Shown here piece by piece: positions 29,612-39,648 of a stretch of DNA of 59,556 nt (positions are counted from its first letter, which is position 1; the number at the start of each line of letters is the position of its first letter). Source of the DNA: Gemmatimonadota bacterium (lineage in GTDB: Bacteria; Latescibacterota; UBA2968; GCA-2709665); the NCBI GenBank assembly GCA_002709665.1, contig PAQK01000010.1, positions 24,245 through 83,800 of the forward strand, given 5' to 3'. The notes under the pieces were generated by a model. It searched no databases, was not told the origin of the DNA, and saw only the letters and a program-made list of their open reading frames with translations. Made by a program: the position numbers and the translations under genes.

Positions 29612-30409
29612 CTAATGATCCTGATGAACAGCCATGCCAATGAACACAGCCGTTAACAGAGTAAAAATGAAGGCCTGAACGAAGGCCACGAAAATTTCAA
29701 GCAGATATACACCCAGGGCAAACAAGACAGCGGCGGGTGCCAGTGCCAGAGAGTTAAACATGAATATTAGACCAAGAACGGACAGGATGATGACATGGCC
29801 CGCTGTCATATTTGCAAAAAGTCGAACGCAAAGTGCGAAAGGCTTGGTAAAAAGCCCTACGACCTCGATGGGAATCATGATGGGCAACAACCAGGCCGGC
29901 AAACCGTGCGGGATCAGACCTTTGAAATAACCGAAGAAACCGTTGTGAATTATGCCGCCGATCTGAATCATCACGAAAGAACAAATTGCCAGAGTTGCAG
30001 TCACATTGATATTGCCAGTGGCTGTTGCACCGTAGGGTATCATGCCCACCAAATTGCAGGTCAGAATGAAGAAGAACACCGTGCAAAGAAACGACACAAA
30101 TCTCTGAGCCTCAGATTTACCGATATTGGGAATCGCAATTTCATCCCTAATGAAAATCACAACTGACTCTACCACATTTGCGAATCCCCTGGGCACCATT
30201 CCTCTTCGCCTTGTATTGAGGGCGAGTACAACGATTAGGAACAGAGCCGCAACCCACATCATGACAACATGGCGGGTTATGGAGAGGTCAATCCCGTAAA
30301 ATTCAAAGTGCGGGAGATGCACATGGATACCAAAAGGCAGATGGAGTTCGGACGAATCCAGAATGTGCTCCATCACAAAATTGTCATTGCCCTCGGCGCC
30401 TTTAGCCAT
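29612..30409 (-). CDS. atpB: F0 ATP synthase subunit a
   Basis: Polytopic, with the essential Arg context LCVRLFANMTAGH. Confidence 0.9.
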   Translation of the reverse strand: MAKGAEGNDNFVMEHILDSSELHLPFGIHVHLPHFEFYGIDLSITRHVVMMWVAALFLIVVLALNTRRRGMVPRGFANVVESVVIFIRDEIAIPNIGKSEAQRFVSFLCTVFFFILTCNLVGMIPYGATATGNINVTATLAICSFVMIQIGGIIHNGFFGYFKGLIPHGLPAWLLPIMIPIEVVGLFTKPFALCVRLFANMTAGHVIILSVLGLIFMFNSLALAPAAVLFALGVYLLEIFVAFVQAFIFTLLTAVFIGMAVHQDH

Positions 30410-30818
30410 CGGTCCGAACCCCTTCTTTCGGAATCTGTCTACCTGGTAAACACCGCATTAAGAAACGTATTTCAAGAATCTGAAACAACACATAAAATAC
30501 AAAAAGTGACAGAATAAGACTAAACACTTGTATCGAAGTAAGCTTTATAAGTACAAAGACAAGAATCCCAATAACCATCATTCTAGCGAGCATGCCGCCG
30601 AATAGAATCTTGAGGAAATCCTGATTCGGTTTATCAAACCCGAGAAGGATTGAGAGAGATCCTGCCAGGACATTTGCTGTACAAATTCCGCAGCCCACTG
30701 CAACGCTCAAAACCAGTCCAGGGTCGCCGTATGCGTATAGAGGATACGATCCAATAGCGAAGGTCCCGGCAAGCGCGATGCCTAACTGTTTCAAAAAACC
30801 GGTAAATTCTCCCATCAC
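30402..30818 (-). CDS. ATP synthase protein I-like small membrane protein
   Basis: A four-TM, 138-aa ORF immediately upstream of atpB and overlapping both neighbours. The call is by position and topology only. Confidence 0.5.
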   Translation of the reverse strand: MMGEFTGFLKQLGIALAGTFAIGSYPLYAYGDPGLVLSVAVGCGICTANVLAGSLSILLGFDKPNQDFLKILFGGMLARMMVIGILVFVLIKLTSIQVFSLILSLFVFYVLFQILEIRFLMRCLPGRQIPKEGVRTDG

Positions 30819-31090
30819 CCTCGGCCTTCGGATCCACCCTGATTTCTTGAGGAATCCTTGTTTTCCTGCATCTTCAGCACGGTGCGAATGAACGCCACAA
30901 AACCTGCTGTTGCACCAACAAATGCACCTACCAACATGAACGTAGGATCGGTCCCAAATCTACTATCCAGCCATCGACCAGCGAACAAACATAGCAAGAT
31001 GGCAGCAACGAATTCTATACCAATGCCAAGGTAGGGACCAACCTCCCGGTAGATTCGAGTGCGTTCCGATGGACCCTTTTCACCAGGCAT
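30815..31090 (-). CDS. AtpZ/AtpI-family small membrane protein
   Basis: YLGIGIEFVAAILLCLFAGRWLDSRFGTDPTFMLVGAFVGATAGF resembles the AtpZ/AtpI family. It is the first gene of the atp cluster. Confidence 0.6.
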   Translation of the reverse strand: MPGEKGPSERTRIYREVGPYLGIGIEFVAAILLCLFAGRWLDSRFGTDPTFMLVGAFVGATAGFVAFIRTVLKMQENKDSSRNQGGSEGRG

Positions 31091-31124
31091 AACCAGAGCA
31101 TTTCAACGTGAACTCGTTGGTCCT

Positions 31125-32561
31125 TCAGTTCAAGACCGAAGGAACTGTCTCGCGTGCGAGCTGCAGAAATCTGGTAGGTGCAATTCCCAGATATAGTGTA
31201 GCAACTGAAGTGACCAACAAAGCGGCTCGGGCGAAAAGGGGTAGTGACTGAATCCTTCTATCATCTACCGATTGCTTCATATACATACTGACCACCACAC
31301 CCAGGTAGAAATACACGGAAACCAAGCTGTTCAGAACTCCAATGATAGCCAGTGAAACCAGATTTGCTTCAACTGCGGCGCTGAATATGTAGAACTTGCC
31401 CAGAAATCCAGCGGTTGGTGGCAAGCCAGCCAATGAAAGCATGAAAATCGTCATCGTCAGACCCAGAATCGGATGACGAAATCCCAGCCCGGCATACCCC
31501 GATATGTCCAAATTCTCCTCGCCCTTTTTTCCAACCATAATGATCACAGCGAACGCGCCGATATTCATAAAGGTATAGGCGAACAGGTAGAATAAAGCAG
31601 CCGAAATTCCCCTCTCACTTGCTGTAACCAGGGCGATCAGCACATAGCCGGCATGGGCAATGCTGGAATACGCCAGCATGCGTTTGATGCTTCGCTGTTT
31701 GAGTGCGCTGAGATTTCCGACGGTCATTGTCAGAACCGCGATAATCCACAGCACTGCCGTCCATTCCACTCTCAGTGAACCAAGCGATACAAACAACACC
31801 CTCAACAGGGCGATGAAGGCTGCAGCTTTAGGACCCGCCGAAATGAATGCCGTGATTGCCGTCGGAGCGCCCTCATAGACATCGGGGGCCCACATATGAA
31901 ACGGCGCAGCAGCAACTTTAAAGGCGAATCCAACGATCAGGAGGGCCATGCCGGCGTGTATCATCAAATCAAAGCCGATACCCTTGTGTTCCGCAATTTC
32001 GTTCAGGTTGGTTGATCCCGTAGCGCCATAGATCAGGGCAATTCCGTAGAGCAGGAATCCGGTCGCAAATGCTCCCAACAAAAGGTATTTGAGCGAAGCC
32101 TCATTTGAGACAGACCTGGATCGAATGAAACCAACCAGGATATAGAGCGAGATCGACATCAGCTCCAGGCCGAGGAAGATCACGATCAGGTCCGTCCCGG
32201 CAGCCATCAACATCATCCCAAGCGTGGATGTAAGCAGCAACAGATAGTACTCGCTCCGACTGCATTCCTCCCTCTGCAGATAGTCAGCCGAAATAAATAT
32301 GGTCAGTCCGGTCCCTGCCAGAAACAAGATGTTGGAAAAGGTCGCGAACTTATCCAGAACCACCATCCCATTGAACCCTGTCTCAACCCGCCCCCATAGC
32401 AAGGCACAACTTACGATTGCGACTGCAATACCCAAAAGCGAGATGTACGATGAAACGCTCCCTCGGTTTCTGGGCCATATGATGTCAATAGCCAGAACGA
32501 TAAGGGCGAAAACTCCTACTACGAGGAGGGGAATCAGGAGCGTCCAGTTCAGGTCAGGCAC
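31125..32561 (-). CDS. nuoN: NADH-quinone oxidoreductase subunit N
   Basis: Antiporter-like 14-TM subunit with motifs such as FHMWAPDVYEGAP and MLAYSSIAHAGY; GTG start. Confidence 0.9.
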   Translation of the reverse strand: MPDLNWTLLIPLLVVGVFALIVLAIDIIWPRNRGSVSSYISLLGIAVAIVSCALLWGRVETGFNGMVVLDKFATFSNILFLAGTGLTIFISADYLQREECSRSEYYLLLLTSTLGMMLMAAGTDLIVIFLGLELMSISLYILVGFIRSRSVSNEASLKYLLLGAFATGFLLYGIALIYGATGSTNLNEIAEHKGIGFDLMIHAGMALLIVGFAFKVAAAPFHMWAPDVYEGAPTAITAFISAGPKAAAFIALLRVLFVSLGSLRVEWTAVLWIIAVLTMTVGNLSALKQRSIKRMLAYSSIAHAGYVLIALVTASERGISAALFYLFAYTFMNIGAFAVIIMVGKKGEENLDISGYAGLGFRHPILGLTMTIFMLSLAGLPPTAGFLGKFYIFSAAVEANLVSLAIIGVLNSLVSVYFYLGVVVSMYMKQSVDDRRIQSLPLFARAALLVTSVATLYLGIAPTRFLQLARETVPSVLN

Positions 32562-32774
32562 AAAAGAAATTCCCGGTAAAATTCATTAGCTTTCTTAATT
32601 AATCAGTAAACGTTAGAAAAGTCAAGCGCAAACTTTCTGCAATCCTTAACAGTCCGAGTCAGTAAGGTACAAAATACGGGTTTCCGACTCAAATTTAGCA
32701 TTTACAATGCTTAACGCTCTACACGCGCTACCAATCCAGCAGGAAATAAGCAGTCCATCCGATTTCTCAGTTAC

Positions 32775-34241
32775 CTAGAAAAAAATGTATGTGATGACAA
32801 CGAAGAGGGGAACCAGAATCACAATGGAATAGACCATATAACCAAAAAAGCTTGGCATCTTCACACCTTGCGACTCCGCTATCGATTTCACCATAAAATT
32901 CGGCGCATTGCCGATGTATGTGTTGGCTCCCATAAAGACAGCACCGACAGATATGGCCGTCAAATATCTCACAAAGGTAGCCAGTTTCTCCGGGTCGGCA
33001 GCTAGAGTGGACCATTGCTCCGCAGGCATTCTGAGCGCCTGAGCGATTGTGGCCTCATCCAAACCCAGTTTGCCAAGTGCAGAAGTAAAGAACGTTAGAT
33101 ATGTGGGTGCATTGTCCAGAAAACTAGATAGTGTCCCCGTGATCCAGAAATAGCTGGCTTCGCCTTGAGTGGCGGCAATCACAAACGCAAGTGCGCCGTT
33201 TTCACCGGCCTTTAGAATGGCAAGCGCCGGCACAATGGTCATGAAGATTCCTGCAAACAGGTAACCGACTTCCTTGATGGCGAACCAGGTGAATTCGTTT
33301 GCCTCTCTCAAACTCCAGGGTGTCGCCTTTAATGATAACAGCCCCATTAGTATGATCCCCAGATCCCTCACGATATTCTGCAGGGCCATATGAACACCCA
33401 GAACATTGATCTCGATATGCGGATTCCAAACGCCGCTCATCAAGACTGCCCCCATTATGCCGCCGAGGAAGATCAGGTTATAAAGTCCGTCAACTCCCAA
33501 GGGCTCCTTTTCGCCCTCTTCAGGAGGAAGATCCGTCCGCTCTCGTTTATACATAATCGTGTCGATGATGTAGAACAATGCAATCAGGATCACGCACATT
33601 ACCACCATATGAGGCAATAGACTCATCGTCCAGAAAAAGGGCACGCCATGAAGGAACCCGAGGAACAAAGGCGGGTCTCCTAGAGGGGTAAGTGAACCAC
33701 CAATGTTGCTCACCAGGAAAATGAAGAACACCACGATGTGAACTTTAGACTTCCGGTCTGCATTCGCCCTGAGGATAGGACGTATCAGCACCATCGAGGC
33801 CCCGGTAGTTCCCATCCACGATGCCAGAACTGTCCCAATCACGAGAATTGCGGTATTGACTGCAGGAGTTCCCTTGAGGGAACCACGGACGACAATCCCA
33901 CCCCCTGCGGTGTACAACCCCCAAAGCAGTATGATGAATGGGAAATAATCCGCAAGATAGATATGTAGAATTTCGTGGAACCCCGCTTCACCATAGATCA
34001 CTACGAACGGAATCGCAAACACGAGCGCCCAGGCAGCGGACACCTTTCCAAGGTTATGTTCCCACCAGTGAAAATTGATCAGTGGCCAGATGGCAATCGA
34101 AAGCAGAATACCAACAAAAGGGATAACACTCCACAATGGAAGTATTTCACCCAGGTTCTGGCCTCCAGAGGCCGCAAATACGGCGTTGGGGACACACAAC
34201 ATAGCCAGCAGGAAAAAGAGACAGACTTTTCTCATGATCAC
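32775..34241 (-). CDS. Ion-transporter-superfamily permease (ArsB/NhaD/citrate-transporter-like; homologs are usually annotated sodium:proton antiporter)
   Basis: 488 aa, polytopic, with a signal-like N-terminus (..VPNAVFAASGG) and motifs GGSLTPLGDPPLFLGF and DNAPTYLTF. The family call is from memory of similar annotations. Confidence 0.6.
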   Translation of the reverse strand: MIMRKVCLFFLLAMLCVPNAVFAASGGQNLGEILPLWSVIPFVGILLSIAIWPLINFHWWEHNLGKVSAAWALVFAIPFVVIYGEAGFHEILHIYLADYFPFIILLWGLYTAGGGIVVRGSLKGTPAVNTAILVIGTVLASWMGTTGASMVLIRPILRANADRKSKVHIVVFFIFLVSNIGGSLTPLGDPPLFLGFLHGVPFFWTMSLLPHMVVMCVILIALFYIIDTIMYKRERTDLPPEEGEKEPLGVDGLYNLIFLGGIMGAVLMSGVWNPHIEINVLGVHMALQNIVRDLGIILMGLLSLKATPWSLREANEFTWFAIKEVGYLFAGIFMTIVPALAILKAGENGALAFVIAATQGEASYFWITGTLSSFLDNAPTYLTFFTSALGKLGLDEATIAQALRMPAEQWSTLAADPEKLATFVRYLTAISVGAVFMGANTYIGNAPNFMVKSIAESQGVKMPSFFGYMVYSIVILVPLFVVITYIFF

Positions 34242-34246
34242 TCCCT

Positions 34247-35845
34247 CTATCTATTTGCCTTACCTGGAACTTCGGTACCGGCCGCGGCATACGCGTTTGT
34301 AGAACCTTCAATTTGCCGTGCCTGAACCTGGGAGATTACGTGTTTTACGGAAGCTTCTGTCTTGTTGAGTATTGAACCGGGGTATACCCCGATCCAGAAC
34401 ATCAGCAGGACAAGCGGCACCATAACAACCCACTCCCGAACGGAAAGGTCAGTCAAGCTGCGATTCTCCTCATGCGTAACTTCTCCCCACACAACCCGTT
34501 GAAACATCCACAACATATATACGGCCGCCAGAACCACACCTGTTGCGGCGACCACACCAAAAACTGTATTGGCCTTGAAAGCGCCCAGCAAAATCAAGAA
34601 TTCACCTACAAAACCGTTCAGTCCAGGAAGACCAATCGAAGACAAGGTGGTAATCATGAAAAACGTAGCGAAAACCGGAACAACCTTCGCCAGTCCACCA
34701 AAGTCCTCAATCAGACGGGTGTGCCTTCGCTCGTAAATCATTCCGACGATTAGGAACAACGCACCAGTCGAGATCCCATGGTTCACCATCTGAATCACGC
34801 CACCTTGCATCCCCTGTGCATTCAACGCAAAAATTCCCAACACTACAAAACCGAGATGGCTCACGCTGGAATAAGCCACAAGCTTCTTGATATCCGGCTG
34901 CACCATCGCCACCAATGCCCCATAGATAATGCCAATGACGGACAGAACCATAATGTGTGGTGTGAAATAAAGCGATGCCAAGGGGAACAATGGCAGGCAG
35001 AACCGAATCAGTCCATACGTGCCCATTTTCAGCAGCACACCGGCAAGAATGACACTACCAGCGGTTGGCGCCTCCACATGTGCATCAGGCAGCCACGTGT
35101 GGAATGGGAAAAGGGGAACTTTGATTGCGAAACTCAGGAAGAATGCCAGGAATAGCCAATACTGAGCATCCCTGGCTACAGCGAATCCATAGAGCTTCAT
35201 CAGGCTAAAGGTATAGTCGCCGGTTGCATCACCATGCAGGTAGTAAAGATAGATGATGGCGACTAGCATCAGAAGGCTTCCGGCCAGCGTGAACAACACG
35301 AATTTTATTGCAGCATAGATCCGCCGTTCGCCTCCCCAGACACCTATCAGAAGATACATTGGGATGAGCATTGCTTCCCAGAACACATAGAACAGAAAAA
35401 GATCCAGGGAACAGAACACTCCCAACATCCCGGTTTCCAGAAGAAGCATGGCGGCCATGTACTCCCGAACTCTGGAAGTAATGGCCTTCCAGGAGGCCAA
35501 GATCGCCAGGGCGGTCAGGAGAGTGGTAATCAGAACCAGAAACACACTGACCCCGTCTATACCAAGTGAATAGCTCGCTCCGAGGCTCTTGATCCAGTTT
35601 GCATGCTCCTGAAACTGCATCTCGTGCGTGTCGCTCCTGAACTGCGTGAAAAGGGGAATCGACAGTACGAAATTTAGCAGCGATACGCCCAGGGCGAACA
35701 CTCGGCTGAATTCATCCCGTCCCTTACCAGCTAGCAGTAATACAATTGCGCCAACAAGGGGAATGAATATTAGAGAGGTAAGCAATCCAGGCATCAATTC
35801 AGAAGACCTCAATATGGATGAACTGTCTACGGCAATTTGTCCCAA
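34247..35845 (-). CDS. nuoM: NADH-quinone oxidoreductase subunit M
   Basis: Antiporter-like subunit with FHTWLPDAHVEAPTAGSVILAGVLLKMG and LVAYSSVSHLGF. Confidence 0.9.
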   Translation of the reverse strand: MGQIAVDSSSILRSSELMPGLLTSLIFIPLVGAIVLLLAGKGRDEFSRVFALGVSLLNFVLSIPLFTQFRSDTHEMQFQEHANWIKSLGASYSLGIDGVSVFLVLITTLLTALAILASWKAITSRVREYMAAMLLLETGMLGVFCSLDLFLFYVFWEAMLIPMYLLIGVWGGERRIYAAIKFVLFTLAGSLLMLVAIIYLYYLHGDATGDYTFSLMKLYGFAVARDAQYWLFLAFFLSFAIKVPLFPFHTWLPDAHVEAPTAGSVILAGVLLKMGTYGLIRFCLPLFPLASLYFTPHIMVLSVIGIIYGALVAMVQPDIKKLVAYSSVSHLGFVVLGIFALNAQGMQGGVIQMVNHGISTGALFLIVGMIYERRHTRLIEDFGGLAKVVPVFATFFMITTLSSIGLPGLNGFVGEFLILLGAFKANTVFGVVAATGVVLAAVYMLWMFQRVVWGEVTHEENRSLTDLSVREWVVMVPLVLLMFWIGVYPGSILNKTEASVKHVISQVQARQIEGSTNAYAAAGTEVPGKANR

Positions 35846-35848
35846 CGA

Positions 35849-37711
35849 CTAAGGTGCGGTCACGTAATAGAGCATGGTTACCACACCCAGTGCCATCCAC
35901 AGAGCATAGGTCGGGGCTCGTCCAGATTGGAACCGAGTTGCTATCCAACCCACACCCTGAACGAAATATCCCAGACCGTTCACGATTCCATCTACGATAA
36001 TGGTATCGAACACCGTCCACAGCCCGTGGGAGAGCTTGTGAATGGGTCGTACAATAACTGCATTGTAGATCTCGTCAACATACCATTTGTTTTCCAGCGT
36101 CTTGTATATCGTTTTGGTCGAAACTGCACCCAATCTCCCAGACCGAAACATCGCGAATGCTATGCCGATGCCCAATACCGCCACAACCACGGAAATCGAC
36201 ATCAGTGCCCAGTTCGATAGCCCGTGTGAGACCGCACCTGCCTGATGACCACCAACCACGGAGACCAGGAACCCGTCTATCCAGCCGTGTCCGGGTGGCA
36301 CACCAACGAAGCCCACCACAACTGATCCAGCTGCGAGTGCAATCAAGGGAACTGTCATACTGGAAGGAGACTCATGCGCATGGTCGTGTAGTGCCTGATC
36401 TCTGGGTGTTCCGTGAAATGTCATGAAAATCAGTCGGAACATATAAAAGGCCGTCATAGCGGCCCCTACAACCCCCAGCAACCAGATCTCCGTGTGACCG
36501 GCATGGTATGCGCTAACAAGAATTTCGTCCTTGCTCCAGAATCCTGCAAGAGGCGGAATCCCTGCGATGGCCAGTGCGCCGATCCAGAAGGTGATTCCGG
36601 TAATCTTCATCTTGGACAAAAGACCACCCATCTTGCGCATATCAAGCTCGTCGGACATCGCGTGCATAACGCTGCCAGCTGCCAAAAACATCAACCCTTT
36701 GAAAAATGCGTGGGTAAACAGATGAAAGATCCCAGCTGTATATGCACCCACACCCACCGCGATGAACATGTACCCGAGTTGACTAACAGTTGAATATGCA
36801 AGCACCCGTTTGATATCCGTATTCACCACAGCAATGGCCGCCGCTAGAAGGGCTGTAAAGACACCCACCCAAGCAACCACGACCCCTGCCGTCGGAGCCA
36901 ACGTATAGAGTACATTCGACCGCGCAACCATATACACACCAGCAGTAACCATAGTTGCCGCGTGAATCAGTGAACTCACGGGTGTCGGACCTTCCATCGC
37001 GTCAGGAAGCCAGACATAGAGGGGGAATTGTGCCGATTTTCCGCAGGCACCGACAAAGAACAGCAAGGCAATAGTTGTCGTAGTTCCTGTAGAAATAAGG
37101 TCTGGAGCTTGTGCAAACACCTCAGAGAACTGTAACGTACCCAGGTTTGAAATCAGTAGAAACATACCCAGCAGAAAACCAAAGTCACCTATCCTGTTTA
37201 CAATAAAGGCCTTCTTACCTGCATCCGAAGCAGATTTGCGTTCGTACCAGAATCCGATTAGGAGATAGGAACAAAGACCAACGCCTTCCCACCCCACGAA
37301 CATAAGCAAGTAGTTGTTCGCCAGCACCAGAACCAGCATCGAAAACACGAATAGGTTCAGGTAGGTATAAAACCTCGCAAATCCGGGGTCGCCGTGCATA
37401 TATCCAAAGGAATAAATGTGGATAAAGAAGGAAACCGTCGTAACCGTGACGATCATCATCGTTGACAGGGCGTCCACCTGGAAACCAACTGATGCACTGA
37501 AATTTCCTGCCGATATCCATTCGTATATATTTTCGTTCAGGCTTTCTCCCCCAACAACCCACAGGAGAACACGTAAGGACAGCAACCAGGACAGTCCAAC
37601 CGCAAGAGTCCCTACATAACCCGATACCTTTTGCAGTCTATTCCCCAGAAGCCCGTTGATCACGGCTCCTGCCAATGGAAAAAGAATGATCAGAATTGTG
37701 GCTGTCAGCAT
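35849..37711 (-). CDS. nuoL: NADH-quinone oxidoreductase subunit L
   Basis: 620 aa, with LYVWLPDAMEGPTPVSSLIHAATMVTAGV and VLAYSTVSQLGYMF, plus a C-terminal lateral-helix region. Confidence 0.9.
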   Translation of the reverse strand: MLTATILIILFPLAGAVINGLLGNRLQKVSGYVGTLAVGLSWLLSLRVLLWVVGGESLNENIYEWISAGNFSASVGFQVDALSTMMIVTVTTVSFFIHIYSFGYMHGDPGFARFYTYLNLFVFSMLVLVLANNYLLMFVGWEGVGLCSYLLIGFWYERKSASDAGKKAFIVNRIGDFGFLLGMFLLISNLGTLQFSEVFAQAPDLISTGTTTTIALLFFVGACGKSAQFPLYVWLPDAMEGPTPVSSLIHAATMVTAGVYMVARSNVLYTLAPTAGVVVAWVGVFTALLAAAIAVVNTDIKRVLAYSTVSQLGYMFIAVGVGAYTAGIFHLFTHAFFKGLMFLAAGSVMHAMSDELDMRKMGGLLSKMKITGITFWIGALAIAGIPPLAGFWSKDEILVSAYHAGHTEIWLLGVVGAAMTAFYMFRLIFMTFHGTPRDQALHDHAHESPSSMTVPLIALAAGSVVVGFVGVPPGHGWIDGFLVSVVGGHQAGAVSHGLSNWALMSISVVVAVLGIGIAFAMFRSGRLGAVSTKTIYKTLENKWYVDEIYNAVIVRPIHKLSHGLWTVFDTIIVDGIVNGLGYFVQGVGWIATRFQSGRAPTYALWMALGVVTMLYYVTAP

Positions 37712-37735
37712 TGGGAACTCACACCAGGTAGTATC

Positions 37736-38041
37736 CTAAAACTTCAATATATTCAATTCGCCAACATCGACTGTTTCACGGTTGCGAAACAATGCAATGA
37801 TGATAGCCAATCCTACCGCTACTTCTGCGGCAGCAACGGCCATAACAAAGAACACGAACACCTGACCCTCCCCGGCGCCGTGGTGCTTTGAAAAAGCAAC
37901 AAACAAAAGATTTACTGCATTGAGCATCAGTTCGATACACATAAAAATCACGATCGCGTTCCGACGAATCAGAACGCCCGCGACACCAATAGAAAATAGC
38001 AAGGCGCTGAGGATCACATAATATGAGATCGGTACTTCCAT
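37736..38041 (-). CDS. nuoK: NADH-quinone oxidoreductase subunit K
   Basis: 101 aa, three TM, with [10 protein letters not shown] and [12 protein letters not shown]. Confidence 0.9.
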   Translation of the reverse strand: MEVPISYYVILSALLFSIGVAGVLIRRNAIVIFMCIELMLNAVNLLFVAFSKHHGAGEGQVFVFFVMAVAAAEVAVGLAIIIALFRNRETVDVGELNILKF

Positions 38042-38056
38042 AGGCCTCTCACAGAT

Positions 38057-38596
38057 TCAGCTCAATCGTGCATCTTCCGGCTGGCCTTTCTTGACCATCA
38101 CCATTACACCAACCAGGGCAACAAGTAGGATCATGGACGCAACTTCGAATGGGAAAAGGAAATCAGTATAGAGCAATTTCCCTATGTAGGGAATATTGTC
38201 CGTATAAATAGCTGGGTCTTCGGGCTGGCTAGAAGTGCCGATACGGCGCCCTGTCATAAGCCCGAGTTGTGCAACTAGAACCGACATCAGAAGCACAACG
38301 GCAACCCTGCGATACTTCCCGGCCATCACCTCGAGCGCCCCTGAATGCCCGAGATTCAACAGCATAATAACGAAGAGGAAAAGCACCATGATCGCACCGG
38401 CGTAGACGATCACTTGGACGGCGGCCAGAAAATATGCGTTCAGGAGGACATAGAGGCCGGCCAAGGCGAAGAATGTCGTCACAAGGGAGAGAGCACTGTA
38501 AACGGGATTGCGAAACATCACCAGTAACAGTGAGGATGCAACCGCAATCGCAGCGAATATGAAAAAGAACAACGACTCCATCAAATCTCCAGACAA
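38057..38596 (-). CDS. nuoJ: NADH-quinone oxidoreductase subunit J
   Basis: 179 aa, with NPVYSALSLV.. and IVYAGAIMVLFLFVIMLLN. Confidence 0.85.
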   Translation of the reverse strand: MSGDLMESLFFFIFAAIAVASSLLLVMFRNPVYSALSLVTTFFALAGLYVLLNAYFLAAVQVIVYAGAIMVLFLFVIMLLNLGHSGALEVMAGKYRRVAVVLLMSVLVAQLGLMTGRRIGTSSQPEDPAIYTDNIPYIGKLLYTDFLFPFEVASMILLVALVGVMVMVKKGQPEDARLS

Positions 38597-38602
38597 CTCG
38601 CT

Positions 38603-39643
38603 TTAGCGGCCAAGTGTTAAAACCAGACCGGTTAGAAAAACATTCAGAATGGCCAGTGGCAACATCACCTTCCATCCCAACCACATCACCTGATCGTACC
38701 TGAAACGCGGCAATGTCCACCTTACCCAAAGGAACAAAAACATGAAGAATCCTGTTTTCAAGGAAAATGCCAGAATCTTCAGGAGGCTTGCAAAGAGTGA
38801 CTGATCACCTGGCTGAATTAACCAAGGAACGTGCCACCCACCGAAGAACAGACTCGCTATCACCGCAGAAGCCGTGATCATCGAGGCGTATTCCGCCATG
38901 AAGAACATGGCGAATTTCATACTGCTGTATTCTGCGTGGTAGCCCGCAACGAGTTCTTGTTCGGATTCAGGTAAATCGAATGGCAGACGATTCGCTTCGG
39001 CGAAGGCTGCGACCGTGAACAGGAGAAATGCCAGGGGTTGGGTGAATACGTTCCAATCGGGGAGAAATCCGAGCAACGTTGTGTTCGCCTGCAGGTCTAC
39101 GATTTCACCCAAACGCAAAGAACCCGCTACCATCAGGATGCCAATCAAAGACAACCCCAGGGACAACTCGTAACTGATCATCTGCGCCGAGGCTCGAATA
39201 CCCCCCAACAGCGCATATTTATTGTTTGATGCCCAGCCACCCAGAACAATTCCATAAACACCTAGGGAAGCCAATGCGAGCAGATACAAAACACCGATGT
39301 TCACATCGGCTACCTGCATCTGGATTTGCTTTCCCAGAATTGGAATTGTGTCACCTACAGGTACAATAGCGAAGGCCATCAGCGCTGGAACCAGAATCGC
39401 TGGTGGGGCCGCTACGTAGATCAACCGATTCACGTGTCCGGGTATCACATCCTCTTTGAAGAGAAATTTCAACCCGTCAGCCATTGGCTGGAGCAAACCC
39501 CACGGACCAACACGATTAGGGCCCAAACGGTTCTGGATGTACGCGCTCACCTTCCGCTCAGCGAGTACGAGGTATGCCACCGCACCCAGCAAGGCACCGA
39601 TCATGACTGCGATCTTGATCAGGCTTTCAAGCGCGTAATCCAT
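38603..39643 (-). CDS. nuoH: NADH-quinone oxidoreductase subunit H
   Basis: AERKVSAYIQNRLGPNRVGPWGLLQPMADGLKF and NRLPFDLPESEQELVAGYHAEYS are present. Confidence 0.9.
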   Translation of the reverse strand: MDYALESLIKIAVMIGALLGAVAYLVLAERKVSAYIQNRLGPNRVGPWGLLQPMADGLKFLFKEDVIPGHVNRLIYVAAPPAILVPALMAFAIVPVGDTIPILGKQIQMQVADVNIGVLYLLALASLGVYGIVLGGWASNNKYALLGGIRASAQMISYELSLGLSLIGILMVAGSLRLGEIVDLQANTTLLGFLPDWNVFTQPLAFLLFTVAAFAEANRLPFDLPESEQELVAGYHAEYSSMKFAMFFMAEYASMITASAVIASLFFGGWHVPWLIQPGDQSLFASLLKILAFSLKTGFFMFLFLWVRWTLPRFRYDQVMWLGWKVMLPLAILNVFLTGLVLTLGR

Positions 39644-39648
39644 GCCCC

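Noticed and set aside
32562-32774. Possible ncRNA or terminator in the 213-nt gap upstream of nuoN.
   Set aside because: Only short AT-rich hairpins are present (AGCATT-GTA-AATGCT; GAGTC..GACTC), without U-tracts. No known RNA motif was recognised, and the promoter-like TTGACT-17-TTAATT has a poor -10.
38229-38729. 166-aa alternative-frame ORF spanning the nuoH/nuoJ junction, as a possible hidden nuoI.
   Set aside because: It has no 2x CxxCxxCxxxCP ferredoxin motifs, its composition is Arg/Gly-rich, and it overlaps well-supported nuoJ and nuoH frames.
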